Assembly: GCA_038087875.1 (NCBI GenBank)
Contig: CM075991.1
Location: forward strand, 2,418,001 to 2,482,000
Reading direction: 5' to 3'
Length of the DNA stretch: 64,000 bases
From: Malacoraja senta
Lineage: Eukaryota
Shown here: piece by piece, positions 38,301 to 45,974 of the stretch
How positions within the stretch are numbered: the stretch's first letter is position 1
Layout: each line of letters starts with the position of its first letter
Translations under genes and position numbers: made by a program
Notes under the pieces: generated by a model
Told to the model about the DNA's origin: nothing
Databases searched by the model: none
Seen by the model: only the letters and a program-made list of their open reading frames with translations

Positions 38301-39887
38301 CACAATGAGAAACATCAACATCCTTCAATTCCTGCAAGTTACAGGACTGTATGTAAGAATTTAGTTCAAACTTTGACCTGTGGAGGGCAGTAATACGCTT
38401 AGCAGCGTCTACACTGCCGGAATCCTACAAGAAGAAGAAGATGATGCCCGACCCATTCTACCAGGAGTTTGTTTTTGCTCATCTACCATCTGCAGTCTCT
38501 AGTGTATCTCCATAAATAGGTACTTGATTGCCAGTACATATTTAGTAACCCATAAGTGCAAAGTGAGCACAGCACCAGAAACCTAGGTTTGATGTCTAAA
38601 TTGACTTTTTTTTTTTTGCACATTCTCCCTGTGACCTTGTAGGTTTCCTCCCACATCTTAAAGAAGCGCATGTTTGAAGGGTAATTGGCTTCTATAAAAT
38701 TGCCCCTTATGTCTAGGGAGTGGATGAGAAAGTGGGATAACATAAAACTAATGTGATCAGTGGTCAGCATGGATGCACTGGGCCAATTTCCATTTTCTTT
38801 TTCTCTGGAACTAAAAGTGAAACTAAAAGAAAATGGCTCAACAAAGGCAGGAAACAAAATTTTCAATTAATTTTGATTATGGAGACAGTGAGACAATATC
38901 ATGCGCAGGAAGGAACTGCAGATGTTGGTTTACAGCAAAGATAGACAAAATGCTGGAGGAATTCAGTGGGTCAGACTTCTCAGTCTGAGGAAGGGTTTCA
39001 ACCAGAATCGTCACCTATTCCTTTTCTTCAGAGATTCTGCCTGTCCCAATAAAATCCAGCATTTTATGTATATCTTCTGAGACAACATCATTATGACTCT
39101 TCTCTCTTTATAATTGCACGAAATACCCTGGAAACCCCCACAAATTCCACAAATTGTTGGAAAAACTCAGCAAATAAACGACCCGCTGAGCCACTTCGGC
39201 ACTTTGTGTTTTGCTCAAGACTTCAACATCTGCGGTTCAAAATCTCTGCACGAAGTACCCATGTTGAGCACAAACTCCTGTAAAAGTATAGGTGCCCAGT
39301 TGGAGAGGGGGTGGGGTAGGAAGGAACTGCAGGCGCTGGTTTACACAGAAGACACAAAATACTGGAGTAATTCAGCGGGTCAGGCAGCACCTCTGGAGAG
39401 TAGGATTGGGGCAAACGTGTCACCCATTCCTTCTCTCCAGGGATGCTGCCTGTTCCGCTGTGTGACTCCAACATTTAGCATCTATCTGGAGTGTGGTACC
39501 TGTGCTGCAGGGGAGGTGCAGCCAAGCCCGGCTGAAGTCACGGTCAGTGAGCTCTCCCCTGTGGAACATTCCCTCCCCTCCTCATGTACTGCACGCACAT
39601 CGGCCGGCTTCACCACTGAATTATAAACTTGAATGCATCGATGGCCATGGGCCGGCTCCTCACACTCAGCCCGGCGTCGTGGGCCGGCTCCTCACACCCA
39701 GCCCGGCGCCGTGGGCCGGCTCCTCACACCCAGCCCGGCGCCGTGGGCCGGCTCCTCACACTCAGCCCGGCGTCGTGGGCCGGCTCCTCACACCCAGCCC
39801 GGCGCCGTGGGCCGGCTCCTCACACCCAGCCCGGCGCCGTGGGCCGGCTCCTCACACTCACCTCACTCTTACTCCCGCTCCCGCCAT
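5184..39887 (-). CDS. M17 leucyl/cytosol aminopeptidase family gene, putative aminopeptidase W07G4.4-like; 17 coding exons, 1578 nt including stop (525 aa)
   Basis: Manual exon chain with GT-AG sites and matching phases at every junction. The joined protein has the M17 signatures VGKGVTYDTGGADIK, MHRDKCG, VGNTDAEGR, IATLTGH and HIDIAG. Confidence 0.93.
5836..5977 (+). mobile_element. Short retroposon with (GAA)n tail
   Basis: Ends in gcaagaagaag; flanked by agctaa at 5830-5835 and 5978-5983. Confidence 0.5.
6157..6338 (-). CDS. M17 aminopeptidase exon 16 (AGDEVGDPFEISTIRREDY...RGHQSPAAFLIMGSGLDK)
   Basis: ggtag| acceptor, |gtaatg donor; ORF 6127..6351. Confidence 0.93.
7082..7139 (-). CDS. 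M17 aminopeptidase exon 15 (IIMDNGPARWARTAHGLQG)
   Basis: gtgcag| acceptor, |gtaaga donor, phase 0 to 1. Confidence 0.9.
8087..9008 (-). mobile_element. L2-clade LINE 3' fragment containing an inverted PLE insertion at about 8203-8372
   Basis: RFRINFKILLHVYKALNGLAPTYI...LRSAD...GDRAFAVAAPRL; (TGACT)n tail. Confidence 0.85.
9009..9772 (+). mobile_element. GC-rich repeat ending in a Rex1-like 3' tail
   Basis: 3' part resembles the reverse complement of 57620-57725; AATAAA and (GATT)n tail; internal direct repeat at about 9250-9305 and 9350-9403. Confidence 0.5.
9981..11266 (+). mobile_element. 5'-truncated young CR1 LINE (RT domain)
   Basis: 311-aa ORF with DFSKAFDKV, GVPQGSVLGP and YADN; nearly identical to 15235-16540; inserted into a PLE hairpin with atgtt duplicated. 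Confidence 0.93.
11389..11481 (-). CDS. M17 aminopeptidase exon 14 (ALEKYEPNHFELFTIATLTGHAVRAAGCNYS)
   Basis: tttacag| acceptor, |gtgagt donor; ATLTG motif. Confidence 0.93.
11610..12490 (+). mobile_element. Degenerate Penelope-like element (RT C-terminus and GIY-YIG endonuclease)
   Basis: LPFLDLTV...YYKPTDSHKYLDYTSSHP and FTCTSTNFIYCIRCSRC in broken frames. Confidence 0.88.
12833..12951 (-). CDS. M17 aminopeptidase exon 13 (DCYVADEII...VGNTDAEGRMAMVDLLCSMKEK)
   Basis: cctag| acceptor, |gtgtgt donor; NTDAEGR signature. Confidence 0.95.
13200..16543 (+). mobile_element. Long CR1 LINE copy with near-complete but disrupted ORF2 (APE endonuclease and RT)
   Basis: YFNARSI...VAISETW...YYRPP...VGDFNFP...SDHN, then KSPGPD, NYRPVSL, PQGSVLGP and YADD, spread over four ORFs. 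Confidence 0.95.
13356..13637 (-). mobile_element. Penelope 3' end/pLTR nested in the CR1
   Basis: LEEMHLIFRLGSLHPAGLNIEFS in ORF 13555..13866; taagtggt duplicated at 13348-13355 and 13638-13645. Confidence 0.85.
16596..16671 (-). CDS. M17 aminopeptidase exon 12 (VLSVLKPRGIKVIGAMSMVRNSVGS)
   Basis: ctgcag| acceptor, |gtaatg donor, phase 0 to 1. Confidence 0.9.
16800..17255 (+). mobile_element. Degenerate Rex1/Babar LINE 3' fragment
   Basis: TRFRFSFFPTVIGLLN-like peptide and caataaa tail. Confidence 0.6.
18430..18534 (-). CDS. M17 aminopeptidase exon 11 (GVTYDTGGADIKAGGIMAGMHRDKCGAAAVAGLFQ)
   Basis: ctctag| acceptor, |gtacaa donor; M17 active-site motif. Confidence 0.95.
18800..19250 (+). 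repeat. Purine-rich (G/A) low-complexity tract
   Basis: About 450 bp almost entirely G and A with many G runs. Confidence 0.85.
20580..22392 (-). mobile_element. CR1 3' fragment that hosts the Vingi-like insertion
   Basis: ORF 21882..22385 KKANGMLAFI...YCVQFWS; tail tagacaatagacaatagg at about 20584. Confidence 0.85.
20666..21860 (+). mobile_element. 5'-truncated Vingi/Ingi-like non-LTR retrotransposon
   Basis: PQGSVLAP-FNLYTND-YADD RT, SAEYCAPVW and C-terminal C-x-C...H-x4-C knuckle, no RNase H; 14-bp TSD atcatggctgatca at 20652-20665 and 21861-21874. Confidence 0.8.
22728..22813 (-). CDS. M17 aminopeptidase exon 10 (DVARHQARVIELEYTGEG...LFVGK)
   Basis: ctgcag| acceptor, |gtataa donor; ends at the metal-binding Lys of VGKG. 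Confidence 0.92.
24489..24564 (-). CDS. M17 aminopeptidase exon 9 (VSVTSDVATLQEKYPCLAAVNRCAK)
   Basis: gtcag| acceptor, |gtaaga donor, phase 0 to 1. Confidence 0.9.
25646..25798 (-). mobile_element. Penelope pLTR mini-insertion
   Basis: 14-bp TSD aaataaagagctga at 25632-25645 and 25799-25812. Confidence 0.75.
25931..26030 (-). CDS. M17 aminopeptidase exon 8 (TVCRDIGGSDPERMAAPNVAAYVQNIFRNSVVS)
   Basis: tttccag| acceptor, |gtaagt donor; RDIGGSDPERM motif. Confidence 0.92.
26945..27069 (-). CDS. M17 aminopeptidase exon 7 (PLEIREAL...ALEQG-R)
   Basis: ttgcag| acceptor, |gtcagc donor; ORF 26869..27078. Confidence 0.9.
27617..27725 (-). CDS. M17 aminopeptidase exon 6 (ALKAGMKRPLLVCPP...LGALQALYV)
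   Basis: ccccag| acceptor, |gtaagt donor, phase 2 to 0. Confidence 0.9.
28068..28150 (-). CDS. M17 aminopeptidase exon 5 (IFSPTGPLNRDYDDVRRFSDAAVNGIK-R)
   Basis: ttttatag| acceptor, |gtatca donor; PTGPLNRDYDDVRR motif recalled as typical of this subfamily. Confidence 0.9.
30252..30317 (-). CDS. M17 aminopeptidase exon 4 (IDASVEQDVVLVHAPELPGARL)
   Basis: tttccag| acceptor, |gtgagt donor, phase 0 to 0. Confidence 0.88.
30870..30966 (-). CDS. M17 aminopeptidase exon 3 (LTFDGVVLVTNTIDKLSGDLKSWKGLLNQYKS)
   Basis: gggcag| acceptor, |gtaagt donor; lies in ORF 30789..30974. Confidence 0.85.
31585..31626 (-). CDS. M17 aminopeptidase exon 2 (VPEIIFTTQLQTN)
   Basis: ttgcag| acceptor, |gtgagt donor, 42 nt, phase 2 to 2. 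Confidence 0.75.
32038..32598 (+). mobile_element. HE1-like tRNA-derived SINE with a second, oppositely oriented SINE copy nested at about 32215-32495
   Basis: A-box-like head and GGTTCGATCC B box at about 32091; the internal segment is the reverse complement of the same family. Confidence 0.7.
34020..34604. repeat. Ancient degenerate long inverted repeat (foldback/MITE-like)
   Basis: Colinear inverted blocks, e.g. aacaatttcatggtaactttta / taaaagttaccatgaaattgtt and tatctgccac / gtggcagata. Confidence 0.75.
35566..36068 (-). mobile_element. CR1 3' fragment
   Basis: ORF 35651..36055 QRRFTRLIPG...RTRGHSL. Confidence 0.88.
37634..38439 (+). mobile_element. 5'-truncated I/Nimb-like non-LTR retrotransposon (RNase H and CCHC knuckle)
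   Basis: IICSDSAAAL...WVPRHAGVRGNEQVD RNase H; RLRLGH; CECG..ETVKHVFLEC; (GAA)n tail; TSD gatgatgcccgac at 37621-37633 and 38440-38452. Confidence 0.82.
39649..39860. repeat. 32-bp GC-rich minisatellite, about 6.6 copies
   Basis: Unit gggccggctcctcacac(c/t)cagcccggcg(c/t)cgt starting at 39649, 39681, 39713, 39745, 39777, 39809 and 39841. Confidence 0.95.
39862..39887 (-). CDS. M17 aminopeptidase exon 1 coding part (MAGAGVRV-R)
   Basis: gcgATGG context next to the CpG-rich promoter; donor AG|GTGAGT, phase 2, matches exon 2. Confidence 0.75.
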
Positions 39888-39889
39888 CG

Positions 39890-40145
39890 CCCCGCAAGCC
39901 TCTGCCAGCGGACGCCGCCGCTCCGCGCCCTGATTGGCCAACACGCCCCCTCGCTTACCCCCCTCTGATTGGTCAGCCTCACCGCGGGCCCCGCCCTGCC
40001 ACGTTCTGATTGGCTGCGATCCTGTTTAGCACTGGATTGGCTGCAGGCCCACAGATCAGCCATTCTGATTGGCTACTGTGGAAGGTGGGCGCCTGTTACA
40101 GACGCACTGTGATTGGCCGACGGCCTACCCCACTAGGCGGCCGTC
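39890..40145. promoter_or_regulatory. Bidirectional CpG-rich promoter with six CCAAT (NF-Y-type) boxes and a GC box
   Basis: ATTGG at 39933, 39968, 40009, 40036, 40068 and 40112, each preceded by G; ccccgccc at about 39989; sits between two divergent first exons. Confidence 0.8.
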
Positions 40146-40185
40146 ACCGCGTCGATGCGCTTGGTGTTGGGGGCAACAGGCTGAG
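40120..40185 (+). other. FAHD2A: Probable non-coding first exon of FAHD2 (start approximate)
   Basis: Donor ctgag|gtaaaa at 40185/40186 next to the promoter; the next exon has an acceptor 7 nt before its ATG, so an upstream exon is expected. Confidence 0.5.
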
Positions 40186-42419
40186 GTAAAATATGTTTAA
40201 ACTTGGAGTTATTGGGGTCGAGCTGTCTGACAGTATTTACTGACACGGTTTAACTTGGTGCTAAAGGTGCGGACTGAAGAAAATATAAAGCGGTTCACTT
40301 TCTGATAACGTTAACGAAGCACCAGGGCCTTTGATAGACACAAAATGTGGTGTCAGAGGTTATGGGAGAAGGCAGGTGAATGCGGTTAGGAGGGAGAGAT
40401 AGATCAGCCATGATTGAATAGCGTAGTAGACTTGATCGATGGGCCTTATGGTCTAATTCTACTATCACTTATGACATGACCTTAAAAAGCTGCAGTAACT
40501 CAGGAGATGCTCAGTCTGAAGAAGGGTCTCGACCCGAAACGTCACCGTTCCTTTTGTCCAGAGAAGCTGCCTGTCCCGCTGAGTTACTCCAACATTTTGT
40601 GTCTATCTTCGGTTTAAACCAGCATCTGCAGTTCCTTCTTACATTTACTTCCAACACACGAGGGTCTCTGAGCTGCTATTCCTGACTCTGACCTGGTGCT
40701 GGATACAAGAAGCTGGAGTATTGTATTGTATTGTATATCTTTATTGTCATTTCCTGAGTATTCGCATACCCAGAGGAAACAAAAAAACGTTCCTCAACCA
40801 GTGTCCATTTCAGTGTGCAGTAAAAAATAAAAATAAGTAAAAATACATATATCATGAACAAATTAACACTCTACTCTACTAAACATCAACAGGCGTTCCG
40901 ATCGGCAGCGGCACGACAGTCACCTCTGAGTAACTCAGCGGGACAGGCAGCATCTCTGGAGAGAAGGAATAGGTGATGTTTCGAGTTGAGACCCTTCTTC
41001 AGACTGAACATCTCCAGAGATGCTGCCAGCATTTTGTGTCCATCTTCGGTGTAAACCACCATCTGCGGTTCCTTTCTACACATCTGACCTGGTGTTTGTC
41101 AGCCTGCGACCGCTGTGCCATTGGCAAATGTGCAATCGGTAAAATTGCTTCTAAATACGTATATTGGAGACAGTTGTAGAGACTGGAGTCTGTGTATGCA
41201 GCCCAAATCCCAGTGAAGCTAACTTGGCTATCGATTAAAAACGGTCCCAATTACCAGAAAAAAAAGACACCGAGCGCTGGAGTAACTCAGCAGGTCAGGC
41301 AGTGTTTCCGGAGAACATCGATGGGCGACATTTTGGGTCAGTGCCCTGCTTGAGTTACACCAGTACTTTGTGTATTTTTGTAAACCAACATCTGCAGTTC
41401 CTTGTGTCTCCATCTCATTCCAAGTCTGCTTTTTCCTCACCCAGCACCAAGGGCTCCTTCTCACTATGACAGCAACTTGTATTATGTAGCTTCTAAGACA
41501 ATTTCCAGTACTTTGAGATGAGGGTGACCTGCTTCCACATGAATTTTGAGTGGAAGATGCCTATTTTGAGGTAGGGTGGCCACTGCACACTAGGTACTAT
41601 ATCAATTTGTCAAAGCAAGATCTTAATTGAATGACAAGAAAATCCCAACAATGTTGGCAACCTATCTCTGCTGGATAGGTTTAGCACACATACACAAGAT
41701 GTGGCCTGGGTGCAGTCTAACCAGGTGCAGGCTCAGTCTAACCACGTACACTCACCAACACTTTTCCTTAGTCCCCTCACTCTTATCTCTATCTCCTATC
41801 TCCAAACATTCTCTCTTTTACAGTGTAGAAACAAAATTTCAGGTTAAGCCCTTTAAAAGAGAAAAGGGATGACCAAAGGCTTGTTTACAGAAGTAGACAA
41901 TGTCAGAAAAGTGGAAAGGGAAAAGAAATGTAGAGGGGTTGAGGGACAGATTTCCAGACTTTGTTCTTCAGCAGCTGAAATCACACGAACCAGTGGTGGA
42001 GCGATTAAATTTGGGATGACTAAGGCCAGAATGAGAGGTGTAGATATCTCTTTGGATTATTAGACTGGATAAGATCACAGATAATGAGAGGCACGGCATT
42101 AGGAGAATTTGAAAACAAGGGTGAGAATTTTTAAATCTAAGTATTGTTTGACTGAAAGTTAATAAAACTCAGCAAATTAGGAATCATGGAATGAATGAGA
42201 TTGAGATACAGTAAGTCAAAGCCAATAGAAGGACAAATAAGGGAGGCTGACTAGGAAAACATTACAAGAATCAAGTTTAAGGTAACAAAGGCACAACTGA
42301 TAGTTTTGACAGGGATATAATCTCAGTGACCATTGTTGTACATGCTGCACATGTTGTAAGGCAACTTTCTGACAGAACAAGTTTATTACCTCTACTATAT
42401 ACCCATTGTCTCCTACAGT

Positions 42420-43255
42420 TGACGACACCTCCTCCCACCCTGCCTCTTGCAAAGACATCAACCCGTGCTCGCAATTTTCAGGGGATTGTCTGCTCCAAGA
42501 TGAGGCTCTCCATCCGAGACGCTATCTTAGCAAATTTGGTTTCCTCCCTGCTGTTGTGGATGGATCTCTCACCTGTGTCTCCCCTGTGTCCCAGAGTTTT
42601 TCTCTTGTTCCCCCTTCCCCCAGACGGAATAAGCATAGAGTTCCTCTAGTCCTTATAGAAACATAGAAAATAGGTGCAGGAGGAGGCCATTCGGCCCTTT
42701 GAGCCAGCACCGCCATTCAATATGATCATGGCTGATCACCCAAAATCAATACCCCGTTCTGGTTCCTATTCTGCTGGGGTAGCTTATAGCACAATGGTAT
42801 GAACATTGAATTCTCTAATTTTAGGTACCCACCCCCCAATATTTTAAGCCCTCTTTCCTGCGCCCCTCCACTCAGTGTAATTCTCCCACTAGCTCACATC
42901 TCCCTTTCTCCAACCTGTCCACTTCCACCTATATCCCAACCTTTGACTTTATATTTCACTGTTTTTTCACTCTTCTCTCCTTATCTGACAGACATTTCTC
43001 TCTTTTTCATCTCTAACCTTTTTCCACCCATCTGTCAATGAACTCCACCCCATACCCCCTGTATCCACTTGACAGGCTTTATCCTGCCCCTACCTCTTTT
43101 TCAGCTTTCTGTCCTTCCCTCACTACAATCAGTCTGAAGAAGGGTCCCAACTCGAAACAACGTCTTTTTGTGTCCTCCAGAGACACCACCCGCTGAGTTA
43201 CTCTAACACCTTGTGTTCTACACAAGATTACAATATTTGCAGTTCAATGTGTCTC
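42420..43255 (+). mobile_element. Degenerate Penelope-like element remnant interrupted by a CR1 tail
   Basis: DTSSHPASCKD, MNIEFSNFR and a pLTR with ctgaagaagggtcc at about 43134. Confidence 0.7.
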
Positions 43256-45974
43256 AACAATAATATTGTATTATTATAATTACGCACAGCACATGGATAC
43301 TAATCTTTGCATATCATGTACTAGAACACCCAGATCCTTCCGTACAATAGACCTCTGGAGAATTACCCCATTTAACATGTTCAACATTGTATGTCACTTG
43401 CCAGTTCTTTGCTCGCTGCTTAAATCTGTTTGTACTCTTTGTAGCCTCTTTTGCAATTTATATCCTTATAAATATTCTTTGTGCCATAAAATTGATTCGT
43501 TATATCTTAATTCAACTCACTTATCTGAATTGGAACACGTTGAGGCACAGCACTGATCCCTATAGTATACTAAACATGACGTCTTGTCAACCTCAAAATG
43601 ATCCATTTGTGTCTACTCTCTTTCTCCTGACAACCAGCCAAGCTTCTGCCCATTGCCTCAATGTTACATCTGCCACCACAATTTAAACGTTCACAATAAC
43701 ATTTGATGCAACACCTCATCAAATTCCTTGTGGACATCTGACTTTTGCACAACTTATTTGACTTCTTAAATAAACTTCAATACGTTTCTCAAACATAATT
43801 TTCCTTTCACATGAGTTTAGTTTGTCTGATTAGCTTAAAATTTCTAAGTATCTTGCGAAAACATATTTAATTAGTATTTCCAACATTTTCCCTTGGACCT
43901 TTTCCTGTACATGTTGCCAATCAAACAAAACATTATCTGAAACCACAGCTACCATTTTCATAAGTATGCTGATAACACCATACCTGTACGCTAACTCAAA
44001 TCTGTCCAACATTTTGTTCTAGGCAAGAACATCCTATAATTGGCAAGCAGAATTTCCTCCAGCTTAATATTTGGACCAAAGTTTTTGTCTTTAACCCTTG
44101 CAGTCAGTACTCATAAACCTTTAAAGAGCTGTGTCCCTAAATCATCTTTTTGTTCTGCTTTTTTAGTGGCATTCTTGATTAAGATTTTACTCAAGACTTT
44201 TCAATCCACACTTTTGTTCTGTTCTACCCAATGTTTTATTTCCCAATTGTATATACCAGAAGGCATTTTTTTCTGATATGTTTTATGATTGTTAAAGTTA
44301 ATAGAAACCCGTGATGTTATTTATTGAAAGAGTCAGTAATTTATTATTTTTTTACATGTGACCAGTTGAGCCAGACATTTTTTCTCAAAATAGTCACAAC
44401 ATGCACCTTGTTTCATTCTTGTTGATCATGACTATCACTTATATCAAGGCCATTCAACTCAATCTAGCCATGTCATTGTTTTTGCTTCCAATATGCCTTG
44501 TCCCATATCATCAAATCCGATCTTCATAAAATTCCATTCCTTTTCGCATAACTATGCAGTTTCCCATTATTGCCCTCAGAACAGACGTATGAGCTTAAAA
44601 TTGTGCTTTGGCTCTTATGAGTATGAGTCCAATTGGCCCATATGTTTCTTCTAATAGCAAGATTCAAATTCTAACTGGTGTGAACAATTCAGTTTTTGAA
44701 TTTATTCTTAAAAATCTTTTTATTTATAGCCTCCATTTTGTGTAAAACCTTTCTCTGCCCTATTCAGAATTTTAGATCATGCAGGGTGATTTTTATAATT
44801 TATTTAATCTCCAGGCTTTAGTTTCATTTTAACAATGTTGTAACATTTCCATTATTTATGGTCATATTTTGCCTTTTTAGTTAAAAATATAGTCAAGCAA
44901 CAAACATTCCAATAGCAAAGAAAATGTGTATCAGAGACAGACTTCAGCCACCCATTGCCTCAGTGTTTTTAGTACTTCTTCAGGTTGTTCTATTTTAATT
45001 TATTTTCCTTACGTTCTCCTTTATTTAAAAAATCTTCATGTATAAATAGTAATTCAATCTTTTACCAATGATATTATAGTCTCTAATTCTGCTGCTATAA
45101 TTTTACAGGAATCTCTCTTCTAAGCTATTTACAGTTTCCCCAAGCATTCTCACGCCACGTGATACTTGTGAATGTTTAATCTCTTGTTTAAACATTCCAT
45201 TGATTTACCAATCATAGAAAACAAGATTTTGCGATTTTTAGCAATATTGGTTGTTTACAAATGGGAAAGTCAAGGTGCTCAACGTGTAGGGACCGAGGCA
45301 CACATGAAGCTAGTAGAGTTGTGACAGAAGGCAGATAAATCCCCAGGGCTTGATGGTCTGCATCCCAGAGTAGTGTGCAAAATTACAGCACATGATATTG
45401 GGGGTAGGGTGTTGACGTGGATAGAGAACTGGTTGGCGGACAGGAAGCAAAGAGTTGGAATTAACGGTTCCTTTTCAGAATGGCAGACAGTGACTAGTGG
45501 GGTGCCGCAAGGCTCAGTGCTGGGACTCCAGCTATTTACAATATATATTAACGATTTAGAGAAAGGAATTAAATGTAACATCTCCAAGTTTGTGGACGAC
45601 ACAAAGCTAGGTGGCAGTGTGAGCTGCGAGGAGGATGCTATGAGGCTGCAGGGTGATTTGGATAGGTTGGGTGAGTGGGCAGATACATGGCAGAAGCAGT
45701 TTAATGTGGATAAATGTGAGGTTATCCATTTGGTAGCAAAAAACAGGAAGGCAGATTACTATCTAAATGGTGTCAAGTTGGGAAAAGGGGAAGTACAACG
45801 GAATCTGGGGGCCCTTATTCATCAGTCAATGAAAGTAAGCATGCAGGTACAGCAGGCATTGAAGGAAGCGAATAGCATGTTGGACTTTATAACAAGAGGA
45901 GTTGAATATAGAAGCAAAGAGGTCCTTCTGCAGTTGTATAGGGCCCTAGTGAGACCACACCTGGAGTATTATAC

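Noticed and set aside
39649..39860. CRISPR-like array
   Set aside because: Units are contiguous with no unique spacers, there are no cas genes, and the context is eukaryotic
39493..40063. Overlapping repetitive ORFs of 64-146 aa
   Set aside because: They are translations of the 32-bp minisatellite and the GC-rich promoter
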